DNA of 64,000 bases, taken from the NCBI RefSeq assembly GCF_009914755.1, contig NC_060937.1; one strand, 5' to 3'. Below the pieces are notes generated by a model, which had not been told where the DNA came from, made no database searches, and saw nothing but the letters and a program-made list of their open reading frames with translations. A program made the position numbers and the translations under genes. Shown here in pieces: positions 1 through 13,000 of the stretch (its first letter is position 1; every line of letters starts with the position of its first letter). The stretch comes from the human T2T-CHM13v2.0 reference genome, Homo sapiens.

Positions 1-3000
1 TTCTCCTAATCTATGGTCAATGAATAGAAATTTTCCTGACAGTGAATCCATGAATTGTGGCTTGGGGAGACAGGGAGGTGAGCATATTGAAAAACAGTGA
101 AATGCATGTAAAGAGAGCTCTGTCAAACTCTGTGGGATTTACAGTAAGAACATGAGACCTACAAATAGAACAAATACTGTTAGTTATCTATATCTTTCAT
201 TTTTAAATTGTTGTGAGAAAGAAAGAACCCTAATAGGAGACCTAAAATTAATCCATAGTGTCATATTGTAAAGACCTTCTGTGGACAAGATAGAAAGTGA
301 TTATTTAAATGAAATGTGTTAAAGGACAGAGTTAGTTTCAAAGATATAAGCCCTTTCAACTACAAAAAGCCTTTTTGTGTGTGTGTCTTCTATTTATTGC
401 CACAAATATCAGGACACAAACTGAAGCCTCTAAAATGCAACAGTCTTAAAATCATGAAAAATACATCTTTGTATTGCTAACAATTGGGGGATTTACTAAA
501 ACCAGGAAGACCAGATACATGGAAAAGTAGTATAATCAGTGATTTTTGAGATTATACTACTTATACAGAGATCACTGTTTGAAAACATGTTTGTTGCACT
601 CTCAACCTCACAAGACACCATTCCTTGAAACTGACTTCAAGACTGTGCATAAGAGCATCACCTTCCATAGAAATCTTTCAGCTTTGAAGCCCTGGCTAAT
701 GAAGAACATATATTTAAAGCCCGTTTATCATAATAACCATATAATTACAGAATTTAGCATTTTATTTAACCATATTTAATTCTATTTTACAGCTCTCTTA
801 CAGTATGGCTGAGCTTCTTTTTATTTTCTTTTTACCCTCTCATCCCTTGCAGAACAGAACCACCGATTTTATAATATATGATACTCTGGACTTAGCATGG
901 GCAGTGCACTTTTCCCATTTTATATTTCCCAAATATTCAGTGATAAAATATAATCATTACATACATAGTGTACATTTCCATTGACGTTCAGGAAAAATAT
1001 AATCTCCCTATATCACATACAGCTATTTGCTTAGGAAAAATTTCTGTGGGGGTACCTGTGTGTGCTTGAACACGCATACCTTGGCAAATCCAAAACATTT
1101 AACTAGGAGCAAAGAGTTATGGTGCAGAGTCTAGAAGACTACACTGCAAATGCCAGCAACTAACACTCCCGTGTCCCCTGACATCGTAGGAATTTACAGG
1201 GACGGGTTTAAGTCCAGAAAATGTTTCATTTCAGCTGACTGTCTCTGGTACTTGGTAGAATAATAATAAATTCCCAAGATCTGTTTTAGATGTGAACTCT
1301 CAGCCTGGAAGGACTTGTCCTACAAGATACAAATCACCATGCCATGCCCTTGTTAGTACTTTGCAAACGTCAGGTAATGTCAGCAACTCAGAAAATAGAC
1401 AATAATACAGTACGCCTTCATCGGTGAAGCAAAATTTCCTGAAAAATTAAATTTTAGGTGATATTTAGAAATTTGCTGTTTTTCAAAAATTGTCACAACA
1501 GCTATCACAGTCTACGTTTGCATGTCGAAGCATTTCTAATCCTAGACCATAAATGTTTTGCTTAAAAACTCTTTATGTGTGCAGACCTTGCAAAACAACA
1601 AAAAACAGTTCTGATCTGATATGAAAACTCGGGGAGCAATTCCTCTAATTATAACAGCTGGGTAGGGAGAATTTCTGCTGGCATGGAAAAGAACAGACTT
1701 CTAATATGGCCATTTACAAAGGCAAATGTAAAGGTGAATGATTAACTTGAAAATACCCAATGGCAGAAACTGATTATGACTTGGGACTATTGGTGAAAGC
1801 ACAACATGGAGACAGGAAAACACAGAGATATGACAGTGAAGGCATGCTGAGAGAGACAGAAACAATAAAATGAAGTATGAGACAGAAAGAGAAGGTGACT
1901 AGATAAAAGGGTAGTCAGGAGATAATCTTAGACTTGTAAACAAATGCTTATAAGCAAATAAAGAATGGCACCAGAGGCGTAAATGAGGTACTGTAACATG
2001 CTAGGAGTGTTTCAAGAACAGGAAAAGTCATTCTTTGTGTTGAGATGCAGTGGGATTAGGGGCAGTGGGACTGGAATGAATGGCTTCATAGATTATGTTG
2101 ACAGAAAGCTTTGAATTCCAGAGAAAAGAGTCATGACTTTCCTTTGCAGGGGGTAGGTGGTGGCAGGGCTCAGTGCATATAACTATAGTCATATGTATAG
2201 TGAACATATCTGGTCGAAGTGCCAATAATCTGGCCAACATGCAACTATATATTTCCAATATTTTGCCACATTGTTCACTCAAAGTCCAGTGGACAGTTAC
2301 TTTCATAGAAATTGAGTCTAACGTATTTGCCAAATGTATACAATTTATTAATAGTGCTACCATGATACCTAACATTGTAGTTTAAGTTTTAAAACTAGTA
2401 ATAATTAGTGGAGGCTTCAGATAAAGAAATACTAATGTCTATCAATGAAATGAACGGAGTTAAACATCTTTTAAAAAAGGAAAAGAAAACATGTTTTGAC
2501 CACAAAGCTCCAGGTGATTTTTTCCTATGGGCATATCACTTTGTTAACTGGAATACTACATTAAAAAAATTACTCCATCTTTTTTTAAAAAAAAAATCAT
2601 CAGCCTTTATGAAACTCAGAAAACCAGAAAAATTTGTGAATTACTTGGTAGCATGTCAGCATATTAAGAGCTACTAAAAATGCAGACATTTTCCAGTTAC
2701 ATAAACTGACTCTCTGGAATGGAATGTGTGCAGTCTATATTGACTACACCCTCATTTCACTGCATTTTTGCCGACTCTTAAATGTTCCCCTCTTCTCTGT
2801 TGAAATTTAATCTCCTTGATTTCTTCAGTGATGCTGTGGCTAAGATGGAGAATGAAAAGAGTGGGCACATAGGATGACCTCAGCACAGCCAACGTTGATC
2901 TTAAAATTCAGATTTCTCCCTGATGGGATGACTACATGATAACTTACGTCTACATACTAAGATAGCCAGAGTGGCTGTTTCAGAATTTATTATATCAATG

Positions 3001-4984
3001 TTTTTAGTCCTGGCCAAGTCCTCTCTAAAGGCCTCCAGGTAAGTGTAAGTTCATGGCTTTAAAAGTGTATGCGAAATTGAGTTCATTCAGTGGAGAATGA
3101 AAATTAGCATTACAAAAGAATTATGTGGGAAGACAGAAGGGCTTAGAGGAGCCAAGTCTGGCAGATGGATTTTTCATAGTCAATTAATTGGGAGAAGAAG
3201 TCATGCAGTATAATGGAAAATAAATCTGAATTCTCTTCTGCCTTTTCAAGCGGGTCCTCGATAAATTCCTCATCCTTTCTAACCCTCAGATTTTTCATAC
3301 CTCAATTGAAGAAGTTAAAACATTCGACCTATGATGTTCCTTTCCATTCTAAAATTCAACACTTCTACCTAGCCAACTTTGAGACAGAACAAAAGAAAAT
3401 GACCTCCCTAGAAAACAGTACTAGAATTTAGGTTAGAAATAAAGAAGAAACACTCATCTGGGTGGAGAAAGTTAGTAAAACTATCCCTGTCTCTGGAGAT
3501 CTTTACAAAGAAACTGTAGTTTTATATGCCTGGGGTCACTGTCAGTGATCACTGCCTCTGATTGAAGGCAGCTGAATGCCTATCAACACCCTCCTAGCTA
3601 TAGCCCACTGAGACTCTCAATCTGTGTCAACTCTGTCTGCCTCTCTTATATGAGCTATAGGATAATTTTAGGTGCTAACATTAAGTATAACTTAGCTCTT
3701 TTATCTCTGAATCAGAAATGGGAACAAATGTAATAGACAGTAAACTAGTGAATGTTAAATATAAGACAACTGCATCTTTCTTTTTGTTATGAACATGATC
3801 GTGTGCATGTTTGTGATTAAGCATGTCTGTATAGACAAAAACATGATAATTAGCCAAGTATTGGGGTGATTGATGGAAATCAAGTTTCTGTTGAAGACTT
3901 CATACCATACTCTGTGAAATGAATGAAATAAACATTTAACCCTTTCAGAGAAACTCCAATTCTTGTTAATACATCTTCAAATCTACAGTTATTGAAGAAT
4001 ATCATAGGCTTTGCCTTAAGAAGAATCTCTTTAATGTAGTCCCATATAATAAAAAGCAGAATACAGTTGATCTCAGACTGAAGAAATCCAATGAAATTTA
4101 AAGCCTATTAAAAACATTAAGACATTTTCCAATCACAGGAAACGTTTAACAGAGCATGTAAAGTACAAACATCTGAGAGAAAGAAAATTATGATTAAAAT
4201 GTAGTCTACCTTGCATTTAGTAGAGTAATGGAAACAACCAGTATTAAATGTGGTAGGAAAGCAGGTCTATTTGTCAACGCAAGCAGGGAACTCTCATCTT
4301 TATGAAGAAATTTTAAAATGGTTTAGACAGTTAGAAAACTACATTAATATTCTAAACTTAACATATTTCATTTAAGGAGGCAACCATTTTATACCTCTTG
4401 AAAGGCTTAGGATTATATTTTTTTAAAAATCAAGGAAATGAAGCATATTTAATATGCATAAATTTATATTATGCCATTTTATCTTTTCATCAACCCTGTC
4501 AAGATATGCATTTTACCTTTCATACTACTGAATACATGGATTCTTAGAGACCCAAAGGTTGAACAAAGAGGAAATAAAAAAAATTAGAACATAAGAGTAA
4601 TCTTATATACGATCAGAATTACAACATAACTCTATAGACTCCTACTCCAGTTGTCTTTCCATTGCATTTCTATTTAATAAAATGTCAAGCTCCAAAAACC
4701 TAAAAAAGTGTAATGTAATAATTTAGTATCAAAAACAAGAGAAAGGAGGAGGCAAAAGAAATGAGTGACTGCCAAGGGAGACACATTCCTTCAGCGAGAA
4801 TGAGGTTTAGATTTGTTATATGTTTTAGAGATGATTGGTAAATCCAGGAACTATAGGTAATTTTTCCAGCCACCGGATAACAGAAAAAGAGAGACTATAA
4901 CCATGAAAGTCACTCTGGGCTGGAATAATAGTCAAACTAATTCTCAAATGGTTTGAGAAAATAGTACTAATATAAACCCAAAGA

Positions 4985-5133
4985 GAGAGGGGAAGACAAG
5001 GAGAGAAAAGTATTTGTAAACGTGGCAAAACATTAAACAATTACTGACCCTTGATGAAGGGTATAGAAGTTATTCTCAGTATTTTTACAACTTTTCTGTA
5101 AGTTTGAAGATATATAAAAATAAAAAAATAAAA
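4985..5133 (+). mobile_element. Old L1M (L1MC/MD/ME-like) 3' end fragment
   Basis: gtggcaaaacattaaacaatt...gatgaagggtatagaagtt...caacttttctgtaagtttgaa followed by an A-rich tail. Confidence 0.7.
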
Positions 5134-6079
5134 GTCTGTTTGGAATTTAAAGAAACTCATACAAAAAAAATCTTCTGAATGTTAATAGTTTCTTTACTTT
5201 GCAAACCTGAAAAAATTAAAATGTTGGTATAAATGAAAAAAAGTGTATTGGACTTGTATTTTTCTTTTACTTTCTCGCTCATTTTTTGTATCTTCTGACC
5301 TCCTTTCCTCTCTTCCTTCCTTGCTCAGTTCTTCCAGCCTGTATTTTAAACTAGGACATTTTTGTAGTGCTGATTATTTGAATGTGACATGTGCCACTAG
5401 TTAGAATTTTTCTGTCTCTGTGTGTGGAAAAATCTATTCACACATCTATACTTTTAACAAATTGCAGCTTTGAGTAGTTTCTGCTGACTCCTGACATATG
5501 TTCAGCATTTAGAGTGGGAAAAGGGGGTTTTCTGAGGACTGGAAGGGACACAAAATCACCGTAAGCGACCGGAAACCAAATGCTTACAAATAACAAAATC
5601 AGGAGGTGTTTGCTTACAATTTTATTTAAATGGAGGAACATTTTTGTTTTACTACATTAACTCCCTAGTTGTCTACCATTAATTTTCATAAACATGGGCA
5701 GCCGCTTGTGCACAAAAAGTAGGAAGGTCTCCAACTCAAGCTTCTCCACACTTTCCTTCTCTAGGCACAGGGGCACTGATGTAGAAGATGCCGGATGTTT
5801 ATACTTAGAATCCATACTATCTTTCAATGAATACGTTAATGATATTTACATAAAATGTATGACTTACGTATGCGACCAAATCTAGACAAATATGAGGAAA
5901 CATGATTATTAAACAAGATAAACCTAGATCCAAAAAAGAAATGGATGAGAGAGAGATACATGGCTGAGCATAGTTTAGGTGTATTTTGGCCAAGCTTTCC
6001 TTTATGGATGGTATAGAACTCCATGCCTGATCCTGCATTGTTGAGAGGCAATTAAGTTCCTGAAAATGTTCCTCCTGGG

Positions 6080-6235
6080 AGTCATGAGCACCAGGTCAAA
6101 CTCCAGCTCTCCCCCTAATTAACTGAGTGAACTTGGGAGACTCATTCAGCTCCTCTGGGATATCCACCATCATGAAAGGAAGATGTGGGACAAGGCTACC
6201 ACCAAAGCTCTGAGATCTGTAGGCCATTCCAAATT
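6080..6235 (+). mobile_element. MIR/MIR3 fragment
   Basis: ctccagctctccccctaattaactgagtgaacttgggagactcattcagctcctctggg resembles the MIR core. Confidence 0.55.
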
Positions 6236-6401
6236 AAACACACAAGTTAGAATTTTTTATAAATGTGGTTCCTTAATAAAGAAAAAAAGTATGAGATTTA
6301 TAAGAAGCAAATATGAGAGAGGGAGAGGAAGGCAGGAAGAAGAGGAAGGGTCAAATAATCCATTATCCAAATGCAATGTAAGCAAAATAAATTCTAACTC
6401 A

Positions 6402-6731
<330 letters not shown>

Positions 6732-6733
6732 GG

Positions 6734-6735
<2 letters not shown>

Positions 6736-6779
<44 letters not shown>

Positions 6780-6998
6780 TATATATATAGAATTATATAT
6801 TCTATATATAGAATTCTAGAATTATATATTATATAATTCTATATATAGCATATATATTCTATATATATAGAAATGGATATATACATTCTCTATATATTCT
6901 ATATAGAGAATAGAATATATATAGAATATATATAGAATATACATATAATACATATATATAGAGAGAAGATATATAGAGTGTGTATATATATTCTATAT
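6736..6998. repeat. (AT)21 microsatellite plus TA-rich low-complexity tail
   Basis: Pure AT repeat at 6736-6777, then degenerate TATATAGAAT-type units. Confidence 0.95.
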
Positions 6999-7099
6999 CC
7001 AGAACTATTGCCCAATAGATTTTTGCTCAATCTGAAATGCTAGAAGTCATGAGAATAATTTTCCCTTCTTCATATTTTACTTGCAACTTTCTAACCAAA

Positions 7100-7775
7100 A
7101 CAGTTTCATTTATTCAGTCATTTCTTTCAACATGTTTTTGAGTCTCTGAGATGCAGAAGGTGTTACATATCATTTATGAGGGATAGGAAGTTAAATAAGA
7201 TGCGCATTATGGATTGAACTGTGTTTCCCCAAAAGACATCAAACTCCTAACTGCTAGTAGCTATGAATGAATGTAACTATGTTCAGAGGTAGAGTCTTTA
7301 AAGTGAGTTGAAACATGACAGTACTCAGAGCCGTGCTTGACACTTAGCACTCATTTTAATTAAGTTAAAATGAGCTATTAGAGTGGGCCCTAATCCAATA
7401 TGTCTGGTGTCTTTATAAAGAGGGACAATGAACACAGAGACAGAGACAGGCACACAGGCGGATTTACCTAGTTCTGTGGGATCTGCCATGTGATCATGAC
7501 AGCAAGGTCAGGATGGTGCTTCTACCAGTCAAGGGATGCCTAAGATTGCCAGCAAACTCAGCATGGGAGAAGTATGGGTCAGATTTCTCCCCCTGAGCCC
7601 TCAGAAGGAACCAAGAGTGCTGACACCTCGATCTCGGGCTTCTGACCTTGACAACTGAGATGATCCATTTCTGTTGGTTACGCCACCAGGTTTGCGGTAC
7701 TTTGTTACCGCAGTCCTAGCAAACTCCTACAACCAGTCACTTGCATTTAAGCAATGTACAATCTGGACAAGGAAA
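7100..7775 (-). mobile_element. L2 3' fragment interrupted by an MLT1 LTR
   Basis: ttcatttattcagtcatttctttcaacatg...aaataaga before the LTR and cagtcacttgcatttaagcaatgtacaatctgg after it. Confidence 0.5.
7206..7731 (+). mobile_element. MLT1B/C-like MaLR solo LTR
   Basis: ttatggattgaactgtg...gtgggccctaatccaatatgtctggtgtctttataaa...ggtactttgttaccgcagtcctagcaaactcctaca. Confidence 0.9.
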
Positions 7776-7929
7776 TAATATAAAATTATCAAGTAATATT
7801 CTACTGCAATGGATTTAAGGGAGGTTTAAACAAGGCGATTCAAAAGCGAGGGACTTCAACCTATGCCTCTGGCTTCTTCTCATCCCCTTTCCTAGCTCGC
7901 CTTTCTCTCCTCCTCCTCGTCGTCTTCAT

Positions 7930-8230
7930 CACTACTAACATTTTAAGAGCCCTTGCTAAGTGTAAGGCATCATTCTGAGTACTTTAATCTTTTAACTCAT
8001 TCAATAGTCACAATTGAAAAGCCATCATTTAAAACCAAAGAAAACCAAGGCATTTGCTGGTATTTAAATAGTGACCTAAATGAAATTGTTAGTTGCCTAT
8101 GAATATAATCAAGGACACCAAGCCCTCTGGCATTTCAAATATTTCAATTACTATCCACTAAGGGAAGTAGCCTCCTATGGTCACACAGCTTGTAGGTGGT
8201 GGAATCAGAGGCTCAGTCAGGTCAGCCGTG
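7930..8230 (-). mobile_element. MIR, split by a 109-bp foreign insertion
   Basis: MIR-like ...aaagaaaaccaaggcat [insert] ggaagtagcctcctatggtcacacagcttgtaggtgg. Confidence 0.7.
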
Positions 8231-9150
8231 CCTAGGGCTGGGGCTCTCAAGGAACAGATTCTGCTTTTCTTTGGATAATCTGCTAGCGTAGAAAAGACTT
8301 TCCCAGTGGAAGATTAGAAGCAAAAATAAAGTAACATTTGAAATTACACTTATGCTACTGAGGTGTTTTTATTTTACTAAAATAATTACATCACAGGCTG
8401 GTTGCCATATCTATCAATATCACTGCAATTCTGAAATGCCAGCCACCGAAACACATGAGTGTTCAAAGAAAAGCTGACGTCAAGAAAACGTGGGTCTATG
8501 TACTTCAACTTTATTCATATCATTGTAATCCTTCCAATAAGACATTAATACATATCATAATTCCTAATTACCCACAAGCATGACAATATTTCTAATGGTA
8601 GAATTTTCAAACAACCTTCTATACTGAAGAATATGGGGTTTTTCTTATACATAACACTATTTTATCCTTTTCTTGAAGGAGGAAAAAAACAATCCCAAGT
8701 TACTTGCTGACAAAAGTCAATGACAAGACAGTGTGAAACAGTAACACCATTTGCGTATGTGGGGCTGTCTGCACAGTCATAACACTTGAGTGTGGATTTT
8801 GGGGTAAGTGCTTTTAAATACATCCTTTCTTTAAGTTTTATGACACTCTCTTAAAGGAAATGTCTTTGTCAGGACAGAAAATCAGGACTCAGAGATCCAC
8901 AACAGACCTAATGACACATAAGAAGAATACTTGATGTCAAAACTCCTTATTCTTTCCCTACCTGATCCACCTTTCCCAGGACAAGGACCCATGATACCAG
9001 ATACCTATGTTTCCCAACACGATATGCAAATAGATGTCTTGCTTAGTGGATAATAATTGAAATATTTTAAATGCCAGAGAACTTGGTGTCCTTGATTATA
9101 TTCACAGAAAACTAACAATTTCATTTAGGTCACTATTTAAATACCAGCAA
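8054..9150. repeat. 109-bp inverted duplication (8054-8162 versus 9042-9150)
   Basis: Ungapped reverse-complement match with 7 mismatches in 109 bp; the outer 41 bp are identical. Confidence 0.95.
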
Positions 9151-9671
9151 TTGAAGCAAATTCCACCCTAAATCAATGTCTGCTGAATTAATGACTATGG
9201 TAAGGAAATTAATAATTTCCTTGAGGGAATCCTACAGAAATAGGCAGATACTTGGAAAGTGCTATTTATTTAGAATATTAAGGACTTAGGAACACCTTGC
9301 TTGATGCAGGTGTATAAGAGACACAATGAGAGAGATGGTTGCCCAGTCTTGTGATCACCTGAGAGTGTGTAGAATGATCACATAAAAAGATCAAAATAAC
9401 TATGGGAGGTATGTAGGATACCCAATCTTGGCCCGCCACCTTGTTTCTCTTATTCTATTTCCAAGACAACCTTTCTGTCACCCCACTGTCTATTCTGGTT
9501 CATGGGGAAGTATCTGACCTCATCACCCCTTTGGGAGTGGCAAGGAAAGGGACTGACAGTCACTGAAAGAAGCAACTTTGACACTAACCTATTACCAACA
9601 AATTCTCTCTTCATAGTGAAAGCAATAATAATATACATATCTGATAAATCTGCACAAAAATACTTCAGTGT

Positions 9672-10024
<353 letters not shown>

Positions 10025-13000
10025 TAGCCCTCACTACTAATCACTTTGGGGAATAAAAAAAATTACAGACTGATACTCAAGTATTCATTATATATATTTT
10101 AACTCCTCATCAAAAGAAAAGGATTCTCTATTAATTTTATTTCAAATTCATTATGTGACCTCAAAATTATTACATGCATTGACGGCTCTATTTTGATTTC
10201 AGTCTCAAACATCTCTGCACAACCATCATATTTGCTGAATCACTATTATATGATGAGATAAAAATGCTCATTTAAACTATCTATTCTACATTGCAGTACT
10301 GTTGAGATATGTTCCTAACGCAGGCAAACACAATGTTAGAAATTATTACATTTAACTCCATTTGCAGATATCTTACAGGTACTCAAACTGTGTGCGTACA
10401 ATTTAGAAGAATCATGTGTTTGGATGGAATCTTTTCTTTATTTGAGATTATAACAAGTATGTATATGCATTTATGCATAAATATAAATGCTTATTGCTGT
10501 TATCATAATTTTAGTCTTCCTAAGATTTCTAAGAGTGATCCCAAAGTATATAAGAGAATAGAAACAACACTCATTCATTCCCTACTAAACTGATGTTTCA
10601 TCACTGAGATTGCTCTATGGTATTAGAAGAACTGTCAGAGAGAGGAGAATACTGCTGCTCACACTAAACACACCAGGCTTACTGCAGAGCTGTTGAAATT
10701 CTGACTTGTTCCTCATGTGTATATGATGGACATGGTGATGTTTGCTGACCTAGTATAATTAATTGCCACCATTCTGTCAAAATGTAATCACAATATCTGA
10801 AGATTAAACGAAACATAATGGAGTGTTTTATGCATTTCTTGGAAAGCATTTCAAATGTCATCATCATGTTGTAAAAAGTCATTCAGAATTCTCAAGGTCA
10901 CTCAGAGGCCCATATGCTTAAATAAGTGCTGGTCCTATTGCCAACTCTCATTCAATCTTTTGAGCTGGGCATTTTCTCCTCCCATGATACCTGTCCACCT
11001 ATCAATCCTACTCTGTAACCTAAGAAATGAATTCCAGAAGTCATTTGCCTTTGAAGAGTTAAAAATATCAGAAGTTGTGAATTATAGATCTTACACAATA
11101 GCCCTAAGGATGGATTTTATTTTCATAGCCTCCACAAATGAGTGTGCAGGAAAATCCCTTAACTATAACAAAGAGAAAAATACCTATGAGTACATATCAG
11201 AATACCAAATTTTATGTGTGTACCCTTCCCATTGTGTAGGAAAGACTTTGTCTTATTAGTTCATGATTATATAATAATTGTACACAAATGCACACACACA
11301 CACAACACATTTAAGAAACTCATTTTACTTTTCTCTAGTGGTATCACACCCACGCATTCTGCATTCAACCCTTCAGGTTATAGACTTATCCTTAACAAAC
11401 TCACTTTGACGTGACATTAATGATAATAATTTCTTAATACATTAACAGTGACTCTGGGCTTTGGGTTTCCTACTTTTGCACAACCTGGGCTTTATGTGTC
11501 TTCATCTTCAACTTGCTGTTCTTACTGTCACCATTTCACATAATCAAGAATGAAATATATCACTTTTTAAATGTCAAAACTATTTTAAAGTACCAAATGC
11601 TTCTAGGTAAAACACTGACATCAATAGAAAATGTAATTAGACATTGAACAGAATGGTTAAGTTCATTTTAACATTCTACCACTGTATAAATTAGTATACA
11701 CTAATTATTTGCCAGATATGAAAAGTTTCAGCAGACCCTTGGGCCAGTCTCTTTCTTGTTCAGAAAATGGCTGGAATATCTGATAATTGAAATTAAGTCC
11801 TGCTATGTGACATATTCAACAGTATTTCCTAATCACTATTAGAAACATAATGAAGTTATTATTTATAAAAAAGTTAAAATTGCATCATATTTTGGACCTG
11901 ATAGTTCATGGTTTGAAAAGTCTGAGGGATTTTTAATTGGCTTGAAGAACTGACCATGAAGCATAAAGTAAAATAAAGACTGGCTTTCGTGGCTCAGAGA
12001 ACCAGAGTGTAATTTAACATACTTTGCATTTAAACAACCGCATATTGCTGACATGGTTTTCTTTTTATGGTTGTTGTTGTTATTGCATGGATGATGCATA
12101 AAAATTAATCATACCTTTGTCTGCATTCAAATTCCTGCAAGTTTTTTTTTTTTTTTAAGAACACAGGGGAACTCTTGCCCAATTCTTCTGTCTATCCACT
12201 TCAGTGTGCAAGCCTTCTTGTACAATGTAATTTTAAATTAAATAAAGTCTCACTGCTACTTCTCCTGAGTATCCATTTGGCTTTGCTAACTCTGTAAAAC
12301 CATCTTTCAAATGACTCAAACTACATTAGGAAAATAGCTAAACCATTTATGGCATCTGTGGAAAAAATTTCTTAATAATTTTTATTATTTTAATACAAGA
12401 TTTCAAGTTAGAGTTTATTTCTCCATGGACATTAAAAGAATGCCTCTTACTTCCTCTCTAGGTAAAAATTGTCTAGACAACTTTTGAATGGTTTAAAAGT
12501 TGATTTCTGTTATTAATATTGCTAGAAATATAGATTTCTAATTGATATTTTTGAAAAATAGTGTAGAATTTAGGCATAGTGGCTACCATTAAATGGGAGG
12601 TAGAGTTATTCGACTGGCAATATCTATTACTATATACCAAGAGGAAGAATTTTATTCAATAATTACTACTGATAATTTTAATACAAAAATTATATTACCT
12701 CTGTTGATAACAATTTATGATTATAAAACAGGAAGTGAAATGTTAAATGGCAATATTTAAATAATAATGTGGTCGAGGCTATGACTTCTTCCAGAGTTGC
12801 ATAATTTTGTTACCATTATTTTACCATTTAACACAACCGTAAGAATATGAGCACATTTTGATTACAAAGAAGGCACTTGCAAATAAATTTGCATCTTTGC
12901 ATTGTAAGCATTTTACCTTCTATGCTTCTGACTTCTAATAAAACAGTTGTTTCTTATAACACAATAACTATACAACTCTCAAAGGTAATATATCATCATG

